Below, one piece after another: positions 12,153 through 23,804 of a DNA stretch of 64,000 bases (within the stretch, counting starts at the first letter, position 1; each line of letters begins with the position of its first letter). The notes below the pieces were generated by a model, which worked only from the letters and a program-made list of their open reading frames with translations, had not been told where the DNA came from and did no database searches. The position numbers and the translations under genes are program-made. The stretch is from NCBI RefSeq assembly GCF_044647545.1, contig NZ_CP172818.1; one strand, 5' to 3'. The stretch is from Escherichia coli. GTDB taxonomy: Bacteria; Pseudomonadota; Gammaproteobacteria; Enterobacterales; Enterobacteriaceae.

Positions 12153-12174
12153 TTATAAAGATTTGTAAATATAA

Positions 12175-12208
12175 CCGCCTCCGGTATGTTGCCTGAGGCG
12201 GTTTTTTT
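12175..12208 (+). terminator. Rho-independent terminator after pqiC
   Basis: GC stem ccgcctc...gaggcgg followed by TTTTTTTG. Confidence 0.7.
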
Positions 12209-12407
12209 GTCTCTAACGTGCGGAAAAAGTTGTTCCTCTTCACATTTTTTGTACAACTGACATGCCCGTGTAGCTCACAAATATGACAGTGGCGTGAATT
12301 TTGCGCATTGACGGCAGTTATGATTCGCGGTATTGCTTAACTGTGATTGCACATTTAGTAATCACTGTTTTCTTTTCCACCAGAAACCAGTATGAGGGAA
12401 ACGAGGC

Positions 12408-12575
12408 ATGAAGAGACAAAAACGAGATCGCCTGGAACGGGCACATCAACGTGGTTATCAGGCCGGCATAGCCGGACGCTCAAAAGAAATGTGTCCCTAT
12501 CAGACGCTGAATCAAAGGTCACAATGGCTGGGAGGCTGGCGAGAAGCCATGGCGGACAGGGTAGTAATGGCCTGA
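12408..12575 (+). CDS. rmf: Ribosome modulation factor
   Basis: 55-aa ORF MKRQKRDRLERAHQRGYQAGIAGRSKEMCPYQ...; absent from the track (under 60 aa); GAGG RBS upstream. Confidence 0.9.
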   Translation: MKRQKRDRLERAHQRGYQAGIAGRSKEMCPYQTLNQRSQWLGGWREAMADRVVMA

Positions 12576-12593
12576 TTCTGTCTCTTTAAAAAG

Positions 12594-12627
12594 AAACCTC
12601 CGCATTGCGGAGGTTTCGCCTTTTTAT
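12594..12627. terminator. Bidirectional terminator between rmf and fabA
   Basis: Hairpin aaacctccgc attg cggaggttt followed by TTTTT; lies between convergent genes. Confidence 0.7.
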
Positions 12628-12644
12628 ACTCTGTCTGATTATTA

Positions 12645-13163
12645 TCAGAAGGCAGACGTATCCTGGAACAGACCGACTTTCAGGTCGCTGGCGGTATAGA
12701 TCAGACGACCATCAACCAGCACTTCGCCATCTGCCAGACCCATAATCAGACGACGATTAACAATGCGTTTAAAGTGAATACGGTAGGTCACTTTTTTCGC
12801 TGTCGGCAGTACCTGACCAGTGAATTTCACTTCGCCAACGCCCAGCGCGCGGCCTTTACCTTCGCCGCCCAGCCAGCCGAGGTAGAACCCTACCAGCTGC
12901 CACATTGCGTCCAGGCCCAGGCATCCCGGCATAACCGGATCGCCAATGAAGTGGCATCCGAAGAACCACAGATCCGGATTGATATCCAGCTCTGCTTCAA
13001 CATACCCTTTGTCGAAGTTACCACCCGTTTCGGTCATTTTGACCACACGGTCCATCATCAGCATGTTCGGTGCTGGCAATTGCGGGCCTTTAGCGCCAAA
13101 CAGTTCACCGCGACCAGAGGCAAGAAGGTCTTCTTTTGTATAGGATTCGCGTTTATCTACCAT
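12645..13163 (-). CDS. fabA: 3-hydroxydecanoyl-ACP dehydratase/isomerase
   Basis: 172-aa ORF from internal ATG ([23 protein letters not shown]...); the track ORF is an upstream in-frame extension. Confidence 0.95.
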
Positions 13164-13231
13164 GTTCTCTGTAAGCCTTATTTTATTGAAGCACGCAGGA
13201 TAGCTAACACGTGTACGCTGAACAAGTCCGA

Positions 13232-14992
13232 TCAGTTCGGAATAAACCAGTTCAGCCAACGTAATGGCCATGGAAAACGGTGACGTCCTTCCTGTTGCGA
13301 TGCTTGTGCGATACGTTCCTGGATGGTTTGCATCAGCGTCGTTTGGCCTTCGCCATCCCACACCAGATTTAATAATAACGGCAGTGCGTCAGTCACATCG
13401 TCTACTGCCCAGATGGTGAATTTGCCTTCTTCTACCGCTTTCACCAGTTCACTGTGAAGACTTAAATGGCGAACGTTAGCAGTGGGGATAATGACACCTT
13501 GTTTCCCCGTTAACTCACGTTGCTGGCAAATAGCAAAGAAGCCTTCGATTTTCTCATTTAAACCACCGACTGGCTGGGCGCGACCGAACTGATCGACTGA
13601 ACCTGTGATAGCGATACTCTGATTCACCGGCACATCGGCGAGGGCGCTGATCAGGGCGCAGAGTTCAGCCATCGAGGCACTATCGCCATCCACTTCACTG
13701 TATGACTGCTCAAATGTCAGCGATGCTGAGAAGGGGATCTGTTGCTCAAGCTGTAGTTCCGACATCAGGAACGCTTGCATGATCATCATCCCTTTCGCAT
13801 GGATATTGCCGCCAAGCTCCGCTTTGCGTTCGATGTCGGTGAATTCACCATCGCCAATATGCACAACGCAGCTAATGCGAGAAGGTTCGCCAAAAGCGCG
13901 TGGATGACCAGGAAATTCAATGACCGAAAGGGCGTTAATTTGCCCGATGCGTTCGCCTTCGGTTTCAATCAGGATTTGCTCCTGAAGGATCTCATCCTGC
14001 ATGCGTTCAGCGAGGAAACCTTCACGCCATTCACGCTGCTGCAGCATTAAGTTTAGCTGCTCGCCGGAGAAGGTGTCGCCATCGCACAGGGAGGCGACCT
14101 CTTTACACTGGCGGAGGATCCACTGCGGGCTAAGCGGAAGTGTTTCTTGTTCACCGGTGTAGCGGGCTGCTTCGCGGATAAGTACCGGCCAGGCATCCGC
14201 TCCCGGTGCAGGTAAGTGATTATGTCTTGCGGTCAATGTTACCCAGCGACACCACTGGCTTACTGACTCCGCATCGACAATCTGCAGAGTATCTTCAAAT
14301 TCGCTATAAATAGCCTGCTCTGAAAGCTCTGGTTCCATCTCCTGGAAATCAGCCAATGATTCGCGTTCGCCTACCAGAATGACTTTCAGCTTCAATGGCA
14401 TCGAAGGCACAGAGACGGGGAGAGGGCGCGACTCATCAAACGCAACCCAGTCAAAACGCTCGCGGTTAACGATATTTTTCAGCCGCATCCACAGCAGAGG
14501 TTGCGCCAGCAGTGTACGCAAAGAGATGATGAGAATACCGCCATTTGCCTGATGCACCAGACCAGGCTGCAGGGTAATGTCGCCATTAAACTGGCGCAGG
14601 CAGCCAAAGAGTTGTTCCGCTTCTACCCAGTCGGCAGCGACAACTTGCGTTAAAGTCGCAAAATTATCATCTGCACTCACTGCGTTACGTAAGCGGATGG
14701 TGTGCCCGGAAACCTCATAGTGACAGCCCACCAGTTGGCCTGCATCGCTTTGTAGCGCACGCGCGGCATCGGCAATAAGATTCAGATACTCAGACTCTTC
14801 CGGGGCCTTCGCCAGCATAAAAGAGGAGGATGCTCGCGTATGCAGCAACTGCTCCAGCGCAAATTGCAGTCGCGGTTGAGTATCACTGAATAAAGGATCG
14901 TTTTCGTCAATCAAATGTGGCTGAGCAAATATTTCCTGATAGCTATCGGTATCAGGAACCAGGTCACGCCATGCAAGTTTCGTAATGGTCAA
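13232..14992 (-). CDS. ycbZ: Lon-like protease (protease domain without AAA+ module)
   Basis: 586-aa [27 protein letters not shown]...; Lon proteolytic-domain-like C-terminal half. Confidence 0.9.
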
Positions 14993-15177
14993 AGTTGATG
15001 TTTTTTAGTCTGTTGTCAAAGCCGCGATTATACCGTAACCGGCACTGCAGCACACGTAGAAAGCACCGACAATACTCCTGGCATGGGCGTTAAAGCTCAC
15101 AGGATGGAGATTCTTTTCTTCACTGGCCTAAAAAGCTGATATTCTGTAAAGAGTTACACGGTAACATTGAGATCGCT

Positions 15178-15630
15178 ATGAAATATCAACAACTTGAAAA
15201 TCTTGAAAGCGGTTGGAAATGGAAGTATCTGGTGAAGAAGCATCGCGAAGGGGAGTTAATCACCCGTTACATAGAAGCCAGTGCCGCCCAGGAAGCCGTC
15301 GATGTGTTGCTCTCGCTGGAAAATGAACCCGTGCTGGTAAATGGCTGGATTGACAAGCATATGAATCCGGAACTGGTCAATCGCATGAAGCAGACCATTC
15401 GGGCCAGACGGAAGCGCCATTTTAATGCGGAACACCAGCATACGCGCAAAAAATCGATCGATCTGGAATTTATTGTCTGGCAACGTCTGGCTGGTCTTGC
15501 GCAGCGTCGTGGTAAAACGCTTTCTGAAACGATTGTTCAGCTGATTGAAGATGCGGAAAACAAAGAGAAATACGCGAATAAAATGTCTTCTTTGAAGCAG
15601 GATCTGCAGGCATTGCTGGGTAAGGAATAA
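15178..15630 (+). CDS. matP: Macrodomain Ter protein MatP
   Basis: 150-aa [29 protein letters not shown]... Confidence 0.9.
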
Positions 15631-15662
15631 CTGACGAAAGTCAGTTCAATTTACGCAAGGCG

Positions 15663-15693
15663 AAAAAAAAACCCCGCAGCTGCGGGGTTTTTT
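15663..15693. terminator. Bidirectional rho-independent terminator (matP / ompA)
   Basis: A-run, palindrome ccccgcagctgcgggg, then T-run; lies between convergent matP and ompA. Confidence 0.8.
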
Positions 15694-15706
15694 ACCAGAC
15701 GAGAAC

Positions 15707-16747
15707 TTAAGCCTGCGGCTGAGTTACAACGTCTTTGATACCTTTAACTTCGATCTCTACGCGACGATCCGGAGCCAGGCAGTCGATCAGTGCAGCACGC
15801 TGTTTCACGTTGTCACAGGTGTTGCCAGTAACCGGGTTGGATTCGCCCATACCACGTGCGGAGATTTTGTCTGCCGGGATACCTTTAGAGATCAGGTAAT
15901 CAACAACGGACTGAGCACGACGCTCGGACAGAGCCTGGTTGTAAGCGTCAGAACCGATGCGGTCGGTGTAACCCAGAACAACTACGGAACCGTCTTTCGG
16001 ATCCAGGTTGCTCAGCTGGCTGTACAGCTGATCCAGAGCAGCCTGACCTTCCGGTTTCAGGGTTGCTTTGTTGAAGGTGAACAGAACGTCAGACTTCAGA
16101 GTGAAGTGCTTGGTCTGTACTTCCGGTGCCGGAGCTGGAGCCGGAGCAACTACTGGAGCTGCTTCGCCCTGACCGAAACGGTAGGAAACACCCAGGCTCA
16201 GCATGCCGTTGTCCGGACGAGTACCGATGGTGTGTGCGTCACCGATGTTGTTGGTCCACTGGTATTCCAGACGGGTAGCGATTTCAGGAGTGATCGCGTA
16301 CTCAACACCGCCAGCGAAGACCGGAGAAACGCCGGTGTCGTGGTTTTTACCATAAACGTTGGATTTAGTGTCTGCACGCCATACCATACCACCCAGACGA
16401 GTGTAAACGTCCAGATCGTCAGTGATTGGGTAACCCAGTTTAGCGGTCAGCTGAACGCCCTGAGCTTTGTATGCGCCGTTGATGTTGTCGCCTTTGTACG
16501 GCATACGACCTAACCAGTCGTAACCCATTTCAAAGCCAACATACGGGTTAACCTGGTAACCACCAAAAGCACCAGCGCCCAGTTGGTTTTCATGGGTCGG
16601 GCCATTGTTGTTGATGAAACCAGTGTCATGGTACTGGGACCAGCCCAGTTTAGCACCAGTGTACCAGGTGTTATCTTTCGGAGCGGCCTGCGCTACGGTA
16701 GCGAAACCAGCCAGTGCCACTGCAATCGCGATAGCTGTCTTTTTCAT
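15707..16747 (-). CDS. ompA: Outer membrane protein A
   Basis: 346-aa ORF from ATG at 16747: [21 protein letters not shown] signal peptide; APAPAPAPE linker; OmpA-like C-terminal domain. Confidence 0.95.
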   Translation of the reverse strand: MKKTAIAIAVALAGFATVAQAAPKDNTWYTGAKLGWSQYHDTGFINNNGPTHENQLGAGAFGGYQVNPYVGFEMGYDWLGRMPYKGDNINGAYKAQGVQLTAKLGYPITDDLDVYTRLGGMVWRADTKSNVYGKNHDTGVSPVFAGGVEYAITPEIATRLEYQWTNNIGDAHTIGTRPDNGMLSLGVSYRFGQGEAAPVVAPAPAPAPEVQTKHFTLKSDVLFTFNKATLKPEGQAALDQLYSQLSNLDPKDGSVVVLGYTDRIGSDAYNQALSERRAQSVVDYLISKGIPADKISARGMGESNPVTGNTCDNVKQRAALIDCLAPDRRVEIEVKGIKDVVTQPQA

Positions 16748-17103
16748 TTTTTGCGCCTCGTTATCATCCAAAATACGCCATGAATATCTCCAACGAGATA
16801 ACACGGTTAAATCCTTCACCGGGGGATCTGCTCAATATTAACTCTACCGATATCTTCGGCTTATGCCGAGCACCCCTGGCGATGTAAAGTCTACAACGTA
16901 GTTGAAAACTTACAAGTGTGAACTCCGTCAGGCATATGAAAAAAAAGTCTTGTATAAGGTACGTTTAATCTTTTTTGTCAGCGACAATTTACAGAAAAAA
17001 ATCGCGGAAACCGCTTCACACAAGCCTCCGCAAGGAAAATTAGTCACGACTGAAAGCATTGGCTGGGCGACAAAAAAAGTTCCAGGATTAATCCTAAATT
17101 TAC

Positions 17104-17613
17104 TTAATGATACAAATTAGAGTGAATTTTTAGCCCGGAAAGTTGTCTCGTTGCGTGAGAGGATGCGCTTACCGGACGCATAATAAACCCCATAGCGTTA
17201 CCTTCATTTGCCGCATCAACAAGTTCAGCATGCTCTTCTTCAGTCAAATCATCTGCCAACCAACCGATCACCACACTGTAATTGCCCGTGCGTAAAGCGC
17301 GAACCATTGACTCCACGGTGTGGCAAGGGGAGAGCTGGCTAATCTGCATCACTTTCGTTAAGGGTAGCCCAGATGCCAGAACCCATTCCCGACTCAGTTT
17401 TTGTTGCGGTGTTAACCAGAGTTGCCAGCGCGATTGCTGACCGAGTTGCTGTAACAATGGCAACAGTAGAAGTTGCGTCATCATGGGCTGATCTTCGCGA
17501 TAGACAACTTCACTGATAAGCCCGGCTGTAGTGTTTTCCGTAGAGACACGCGCAATTTTACTTGCTGCGGATGAGAACGACGAAGAACGATGTGCATAGC
17601 CTGAAGTGTACAT
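17104..17613 (-). CDS. sulA: SOS cell-division inhibitor SulA
   Basis: 169-aa [32 protein letters not shown]...; LexA box immediately upstream. Confidence 0.95.
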   Translation of the reverse strand: MYTSGYAHRSSSFSSAASKIARVSTENTTAGLISEVVYREDQPMMTQLLLLPLLQQLGQQSRWQLWLTPQQKLSREWVLASGLPLTKVMQISQLSPCHTVESMVRALRTGNYSVVIGWLADDLTEEEHAELVDAANEGNAMGFIMRPVSASSHATRQLSGLKIHSNLYH

Positions 17614-17635
17614 AATCAATCCAGCCCCTGTGAGT

Positions 17636-17655
17636 TACTGTATGAATGTACAGTA
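17636..17655. promoter_or_regulatory. LexA operator (SOS box) of sulA
   Basis: tactgtatgaatgtacagta matches CTGT-N8-ACAG palindrome, 23 bp upstream of the sulA start. Confidence 0.8.
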
Positions 17656-17831
17656 CATCCAGTGACGACAAAGATCAACTCTATTTTCGGAAAGAGCCTC
17701 GCAAATTTTGTCGTTGGTGACGGGAAAACATAAATTAATCTTGCCCCTTAAGAATAAGTTGCCTATTTTCGTAGTTAACGGATCCGTTAATGTGAATCAT
17801 TCTTTTATGTTATGATTTTAAAAGGAATTTT

Positions 17832-18461
17832 ATGAAAAGCCTCTCCTATAAGCGGATCTATAAATCACAAGAATACCTGGCAACGTTGGGCACAATTGAA
17901 TACCGATCATTGTTTGGTAGTTACAGCCTGACCGTTGACGACACGGTGTTTGCGATGGTTTCTGATGGTGAGTTGTATCTTCGGGCTTGTGAGCAAAGTG
18001 CACAGTACTGTGTAAAACATCCGCCTGTTTGGCTGACATATAAAAAGTGTGGCCGATCCGTTACCCTCAATTACTATCGGGTTGATGAAAGTCTATGGCG
18101 AAATCAACTGAAGCTGGTGCGTCTGTCGAAATATTCTCTCGATGCAGCGCTGAAAGAGAAAAGCACGCGCAATACCCGGGAAAGACTGAAAGATTTGCCC
18201 AATATGTCTTTTCATCTGGAAGCGATTCTCGGGGAGGTGGGGATTAAGGATGTACGGGCGTTACGTATACTAGGGGCAAAAATGTGTTGGTTGCGACTGC
18301 GGCAGCAAAACAGTCTGGTGACAGAAAAGATTCTGTTTATGCTTGAAGGGGCCATTATCGGCATTCATGAAGCTGCGCTCCCGGTGGCACGCCGCCAGGA
18401 GCTTGCAGAATGGGCTGACTCTCTTACGCCGAAACAGGAGTTTCCTGCGGAACTTGAGTAA
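17832..18461 (+). CDS. sxy: Competence regulator Sxy/TfoX
   Basis: 209-aa ORF MKSLSYKRIYKSQEYLATLGTIEYRSLFG... Confidence 0.9.
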   Translation: MKSLSYKRIYKSQEYLATLGTIEYRSLFGSYSLTVDDTVFAMVSDGELYLRACEQSAQYCVKHPPVWLTYKKCGRSVTLNYYRVDESLWRNQLKLVRLSKYSLDAALKEKSTRNTRERLKDLPNMSFHLEAILGEVGIKDVRALRILGAKMCWLRLRQQNSLVTEKILFMLEGAIIGIHEAALPVARRQELAEWADSLTPKQEFPAELE

Positions 18462-20577
18462 TCTGGCGTTGCAGACGACCAATCTCTGGCAGTAATGCAA
18501 TCAATAACCCAACTTGTTGTACGACCAGAGGTTCTTTGCTGTCTGCCCGTGGTTCAAGTTGCTGCATCCGCTGTTTCAGGCCAGCTAATGCCTGATTGAC
18601 GCGTTCTTCATCAGCAGGTTGATGATGTAACGCGTCATCAACATAGCAAACTGCGTCATCAAGAAACGCCAGAATTTCAGGATTAGTTAACTGCTCCCGG
18701 TGAGCACCGAGGGCTGAGATATAGCTGGTAAACGTATGGTTAAGGCACAGCAACCGAAACGCGGCCTCACGAATTTGCGGGGTAACGTTCGGCTCGCTGG
18801 ACATATTTGATACCACCGACGCCAGTTCAGCATCACGGTTGTGTGCATCGCGGCGGGCAATACGATACGCCAGACGGTTATCACGCCCCTGATGGTATTG
18901 CTCCAGTATGGCATCGAGATAGCGACAGTTGGCCTCGGTGGCACGTTCGAGCATGCGCGGCAGATTGCGAAACTTCCAGTCAGGCCAGATGTAGCTCACC
19001 GCCGCCCACGCAATGGCACAACCAATCAGCGTATCGATTACGCGAGGTAACGCCACTTCAAAACCTTCACCCAGCAAGTTAAAACAAAGTAGCACCAAAA
19101 GTGTGATGAACATCGTTGCATGGGCGTATTGCACGTTACGGAAGGCAAAAAAGAGCACGCCGGTAATAACCAGTAGCACCAGTTGCCCTTCCAGTGACGG
19201 TACAAACCACAGCACAGGAATGCCAATCGCGATACCGACCAGCGTCCCAATAATCCTTAACTTCAGGCGGTGGCGAGTGGCGTTATAGTTTGGCTGGCAG
19301 ACAAACAAACTTGTCAGCAAGATCCAATACCCGTGATGCATTCCGGTTATCTGAATGATGGCGTAGCCGAAGCACAACACCAGCGACATTCTTACCGCAT
19401 GACGGAAGAGGGCGGATTCCGGCGTGAAGTGACGGCTAAGACGCAGCCAGATATCACTCAATCCGTGCGGGCTGTCATCAGCGAGCTCATTTTCGTCATT
19501 ATTATGGGGCAGTGCCTGGGCCTGTTCTGATTCAATTGTTGCCAGTTGGGCATCAATGGCGCGTAAATTGTTCAGCAAAAATCCCAGTGTTTTGAGTAAA
19601 TCGGCAGGTGCGCCGTTATCGCGCATCCGCTCCAGCGCAGCATCAATATGCGTAAAAGCGCGCTCGAAATGCGGATCATGTTGATAAGGCTGACGCAACA
19701 AAATACAACGTGACAGTTGCTGGCACGCCTGGCCCTGCATCGACATCAGTCGCTGAAAACGGAACAGCACGTCGCTGTGGCGAAAATGTTCACGCAATGT
19801 TTGATACTGAATATGAGAAGAGCTGGCACGCTCGTGAATATCCTGCGCGACAAAGTAATAATGCAGCGTGCGACGCGTTCCCCGTTGACCACGATCGCCA
19901 CGTAAGCGGGTCAGCAGCGAGAGTTTCGTCTGATTCAATGTCGCCATCAGTTGACCGTTGGCGAGAGCCAAATCGTACAGCGGTGCCTGGCTTTCATCTT
20001 CAATATCAGGATCAAACATGCGCGACTTGAGCTCAAGATAACGCGCCAGTTGTTCATAGCAACGCGCCAGGTTGTCCTGCAGCGGGCGGACCGGGAACAG
20101 CAGATGACCAATAAGTGTCAGGACGTTGTACCAGACGGCACCGGCCAGCAGATACATCGGCTGCTGATACCAGTGCTCATACAGTGACGTCCCCAACATA
20201 GTGTAAATGGCGATCAGTAACGCACCGAAGGCAATTGTTGCATAGCGTTGACCCAGACCGCCGAGCAAAATGAAGCCGCTGGTTGAGAGCGTTAAGCCAA
20301 TCGCAAATAGCCAGGGCCAGGGAAACAGCAGTTCTACTGAGGCCGAGGCGATAAAAAAGCAGAACAGCGTAATGATGAGGTTACGCAAACGTCCCGCCAG
20401 TCGGTCATCGAGATCGGTCAGCGCCGCTGCCACCATCCCCAGCGTCAGCGGAATCGTCAGTTTTACATCACCCAGCCACCACGGAAACGCTGTGGTTCCA
20501 CAAAGCGCAATAAAAATACCCGCGTAATACAGCCAGGCGCTGTTCCAGGTATAGCGTTTGAGCAAAGGACTTAGCAT
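18424..20577 (-). CDS. yccS: Inner membrane protein YccS (FUSC-like)
   Basis: 717-aa ORF from ATG at 20577 (MLSPLLKRYTWNSAWLYYAGIF...); multiple hydrophobic segments. Confidence 0.9.
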   Translation of the reverse strand: MLSPLLKRYTWNSAWLYYAGIFIALCGTTAFPWWLGDVKLTIPLTLGMVAAALTDLDDRLAGRLRNLIITLFCFFIASASVELLFPWPWLFAIGLTLSTSGFILLGGLGQRYATIAFGALLIAIYTMLGTSLYEHWYQQPMYLLAGAVWYNVLTLIGHLLFPVRPLQDNLARCYEQLARYLELKSRMFDPDIEDESQAPLYDLALANGQLMATLNQTKLSLLTRLRGDRGQRGTRRTLHYYFVAQDIHERASSSHIQYQTLREHFRHSDVLFRFQRLMSMQGQACQQLSRCILLRQPYQHDPHFERAFTHIDAALERMRDNGAPADLLKTLGFLLNNLRAIDAQLATIESEQAQALPHNNDENELADDSPHGLSDIWLRLSRHFTPESALFRHAVRMSLVLCFGYAIIQITGMHHGYWILLTSLFVCQPNYNATRHRLKLRIIGTLVGIAIGIPVLWFVPSLEGQLVLLVITGVLFFAFRNVQYAHATMFITLLVLLCFNLLGEGFEVALPRVIDTLIGCAIAWAAVSYIWPDWKFRNLPRMLERATEANCRYLDAILEQYHQGRDNRLAYRIARRDAHNRDAELASVVSNMSSEPNVTPQIREAAFRLLCLNHTFTSYISALGAHREQLTNPEILAFLDDAVCYVDDALHHQPADEERVNQALAGLKQRMQQLEPRADSKEPLVVQQVGLLIALLPEIGRLQRQITQVPQETPVSA

Positions 20578-20595
20578 AAAGGCCATATTAGTGGA

Positions 20596-21042
20596 TTATT
20601 CAAAACGACGACGTGCATTGGCTTCACGCGCAGCTTGCGCTGTTTCTACCGATACCACGCGACGACCGACCGGCCATAGTGCAATAGCGGCAATTTTAAA
20701 GTTCGCAATGCCGACAGGAATGCCAATGATGGAAATACATTGTGCGATGCCCGTTGCAATGTGCATCAGGCATAACCACCAGCCAAAGAAAATCAGCCAG
20801 AAAATATTCAATACCGTACCGCCAGTATTTAGCAGCACATTTTTGCCAGCCGGGTTCAGTTCATCGACATGAATAGCTTCATTGCCATAAGGCACTAGAG
20901 ACAGTTTAGTGATCTCCCAGCAGGATCGTGTCAGCGGTAAGGTAAAAATCAGCACAATACTGACCAGAGTCGCCAACAGCCAGCCCAGAGTGGTGGCAAA
21001 TCCGCCAAGCACAAAGTTCAGAATGTTCAAAACGGTACGCAT
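20596..21042 (-). CDS. yccF: Inner membrane protein YccF
   Basis: 148-aa ORF MRTVLNILNFVLGGFATTLGWLLATLV... Confidence 0.9.
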   Translation of the reverse strand: MRTVLNILNFVLGGFATTLGWLLATLVSIVLIFTLPLTRSCWEITKLSLVPYGNEAIHVDELNPAGKNVLLNTGGTVLNIFWLIFFGWWLCLMHIATGIAQCISIIGIPVGIANFKIAAIALWPVGRRVVSVETAQAAREANARRRFE

Positions 21043-21164
21043 AAAACCTCGCTTTACTGTGGTTTTCAGTAATGGGCGGCAATTGTAACGTTTTTTTGGG
21101 CTGGAGCACGTTTTCTCTGACGGTTACACTGATAAGAAATCATTTCGTGTGGATCTACAGAGTC

Positions 21165-23219
21165 ATGGAACTGAAAGCGACAACGCTTGGAAAACGTCTG
21201 GCACAGCACCCTTACGATCGGGCGGTGATCCTCAATGCCGGGATTAAAGTCTCCGGCGATCGCCACGAATACCTTATTCCTTTCAATCAATTACTGGCGA
21301 TTCACTGTAAGCGCGGTCTGGTATGGGGCGAGCTGGAATTTGTACTGCCGGACGAAAAAGTGGTGCGTCTGCACGGCACCGAATGGGGCGAGACGCAGCG
21401 TTTTTACCATCATCTTGATACTCACTGGCGGCGGTGGAGTGGGGAGATGGGCGAAATTGCGTCTGGCGTTTTACGTCAGCAACTGGATTTGATTGCCACG
21501 CGCACCGGAGAAAATAAATGGCTGACGCGTGAGCAAACCTCTGGTGTGCAGCAACAAATCCGCCAGGCTTTGTCGGCGTTGCCGTTGCCGGTTAACCGAC
21601 TGGAAGAATTCGATAACTGCCGTGAGGCGTGGCGTAAATGTCAGGCCTGGTTGAAGGACATTGAAGGCGCTCGGTTGCAGCATAATCAGGCGTATACCGA
21701 AGCCATGCTTACCGAGTATGCGGATTTTTTCCGCCAGGTCGAGTCTTCACCGCTGAATCCGGCGCAGGCCCGGGCAGTCGTTAATGGCGAGCATTCTTTG
21801 TTAGTGCTGGCTGGTGCAGGAAGCGGAAAAACGTCGGTGCTGGTGGCCCGTGCAGGCTGGTTGCTGGCACGTGGTGAAGCGTCCCCTGAGCAAATTTTAT
21901 TGCTGGCGTTTGGTCGCAAAGCCGCTGAAGAGATGGACGAGCGTATTCGCGAACGGCTACATACCGAAGACATTACCGCACGCACATTTCATGCGCTGGC
22001 GCTGCATATTATTCAGCAGGGCAGCAAAAAAGTTCCGATAGTCAGCAAACTGGAAAATGATACCGCTGCCCGTCATGAACTTTTTATTGCTGAGTGGCGC
22101 AAGCAATGCAGCGAAAAGAAAGCGCAGGCGAAGGGCTGGCGGCAATGGCTGACGGAAGAAATGCAGTGGTCAGTGCCAGAAGGTAACTTCTGGGATGATG
22201 AAAAATTACAGCGTCGTCTTGCCTCACGCATCGATCGTTGGGTAAGTCTGATGCGGATGCACGGTGGTGCACAGGCAGAAATGATTGCCAGTGCACCCGA
22301 AGAGATTCGCGATCTGTTCAGTAAACGTATCAAGTTGATGGCTCCGTTATTAAAAGCCTGGAAAGGTGCGCTGAAGGCAGAAAACGCTGTCGATTTTTCG
22401 GGCCTTATTCACCAGGCGATTGTGATTCTGGAGAAAGGTCGCTTTATCAGCCCGTGGAAGCATATTCTGGTTGATGAATTTCAGGATATCTCGCCGCAGC
22501 GCGCAGCGTTGTTAGCGGCATTACGCAAGCAAAACAGTCAGACGACGTTGTTCGCCGTTGGTGATGACTGGCAGGCGATTTATCGCTTCAGCGGTGCGCA
22601 AATGTCGCTCACCACCGCTTTCCATGAAAACTTTGGTGAAGGTGATCGCTGCGATTTAGACACGACTTACCGTTTTAACAGTCGTATCGGTGAGGTGGCA
22701 AACCGGTTTATTCAGCAGAACCCAGGCCAGCTGAAAAAGCCGCTAAACAGCTTAACCAATGGAGACAAAAAAGCCGTCACGTTATTGGATGAGAGCCATC
22801 TTGACGCTTTGCTGGATAAGCTCTCTGGTTATGCCAAACCGGAAGAGCGCATTCTGATCCTGGCGCGTTACCATCACATGAGGCCTGCCAGCCTGGAAAA
22901 AGCGGCAACACGCTGGCCGAAGTTGCAAATCGACTTTATGACCATTCATGCCAGCAAAGGGCAACAGGCGGATTACGTCATCATCGTTGGCTTGCAGGAG
23001 GGGAGTGATGGTTTTCCGGCTGCGGCGCGGGAGTCGATTATGGAAGAGGCGCTACTGCCACCGGTTGAGGATTTCCCGGACGCTGAAGAACGGCGGTTAA
23101 TGTACGTGGCGCTGACCCGGGCACGCCATCGGGTATGGGCACTGTTTAACAAAGAGAATCCCTCTCCATTTGTCGAAATACTGAAAAATCTGGATGTGCC
23201 GGTGGCGAGAAAACCGTAA
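21165..23219 (+). CDS. helD: DNA helicase IV
   Basis: 684-aa ORF from ATG at 21165 (MELKATTLGKRLAQHPYDRAV...); Walker A GAGSGKTSV; UvrD-like motifs. Confidence 0.9.
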   Translation: MELKATTLGKRLAQHPYDRAVILNAGIKVSGDRHEYLIPFNQLLAIHCKRGLVWGELEFVLPDEKVVRLHGTEWGETQRFYHHLDTHWRRWSGEMGEIASGVLRQQLDLIATRTGENKWLTREQTSGVQQQIRQALSALPLPVNRLEEFDNCREAWRKCQAWLKDIEGARLQHNQAYTEAMLTEYADFFRQVESSPLNPAQARAVVNGEHSLLVLAGAGSGKTSVLVARAGWLLARGEASPEQILLLAFGRKAAEEMDERIRERLHTEDITARTFHALALHIIQQGSKKVPIVSKLENDTAARHELFIAEWRKQCSEKKAQAKGWRQWLTEEMQWSVPEGNFWDDEKLQRRLASRIDRWVSLMRMHGGAQAEMIASAPEEIRDLFSKRIKLMAPLLKAWKGALKAENAVDFSGLIHQAIVILEKGRFISPWKHILVDEFQDISPQRAALLAALRKQNSQTTLFAVGDDWQAIYRFSGAQMSLTTAFHENFGEGDRCDLDTTYRFNSRIGEVANRFIQQNPGQLKKPLNSLTNGDKKAVTLLDESHLDALLDKLSGYAKPEERILILARYHHMRPASLEKAATRWPKLQIDFMTIHASKGQQADYVIIVGLQEGSDGFPAAARESIMEEALLPPVEDFPDAEERRLMYVALTRARHRVWALFNKENPSPFVEILKNLDVPVARKP

Positions 23220-23222
23220 AAA

Positions 23223-23242
23223 ACAGGTGGCGTTTGCCACCT
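23223..23242. terminator. Bidirectional terminator hairpin (helD / mgsA)
   Basis: Palindrome caggtggc gttt gccacctg preceded by an A-run; lies between convergent genes. Confidence 0.6.
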
Positions 23243-23250
23243 GTGCAATA

Positions 23251-23709
23251 TTACTTCAGACGGTCCGCGAGATAACGCTGATAATCGGGGATCAGAATAT
23301 CGACCGCATCGTTGAAATGCGGCGACTGGATAATGAAGTCTGCCGTTGCCACGTTGGTGGCGACCGGAATGTTCCATACCGTCGCCAGACGCAGCAAGGC
23401 TTTCACGTCAGGGTCGTGCGGCACGGCGTTTAGTGGGTCCCAGAAGAAAATCAATACATCAATTTTCCCTTCTGAGATCAATGCGCCAACCTGCTGGTCA
23501 CCCCCCATTGGGCCACTCAACATCGCGTTGACGTTCATGCCGGTTGCACGGGAAATCAAGTTACCGGTAGTGCCTGTTGCATACAGTACGTGTTGTTCCA
23601 GTAACGGTTGATGTCGTTCCACCCAGCTCATCAGCATTTGTTTGCAGTGATCGTGTGCCACCAGCGCAATATGTTTCCGCGCAGGTAAAGTGCGTGTCGT
23701 CAGTTCCAT
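23251..23709 (-). CDS. mgsA: Methylglyoxal synthase
   Basis: 152-aa [27 protein letters not shown]... Confidence 0.95.
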
Positions 23710-23804
23710 AATGTACATCCGTAGTTAACTTTCCTACAGATTACTGTAAGCACTTATCGCTGCAAGAGAAAGACCGAAAAAGCCTGCGCACAGGCACAAA
23801 AATC

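Noticed and set aside
12645-13361. Extended 238-aa version of the fabA ORF
   Set aside because: The N-terminal 66 codons have no RBS and run through the fabA promoter region; the true start is the internal ATG at 13163 giving the canonical 172-aa FabA.
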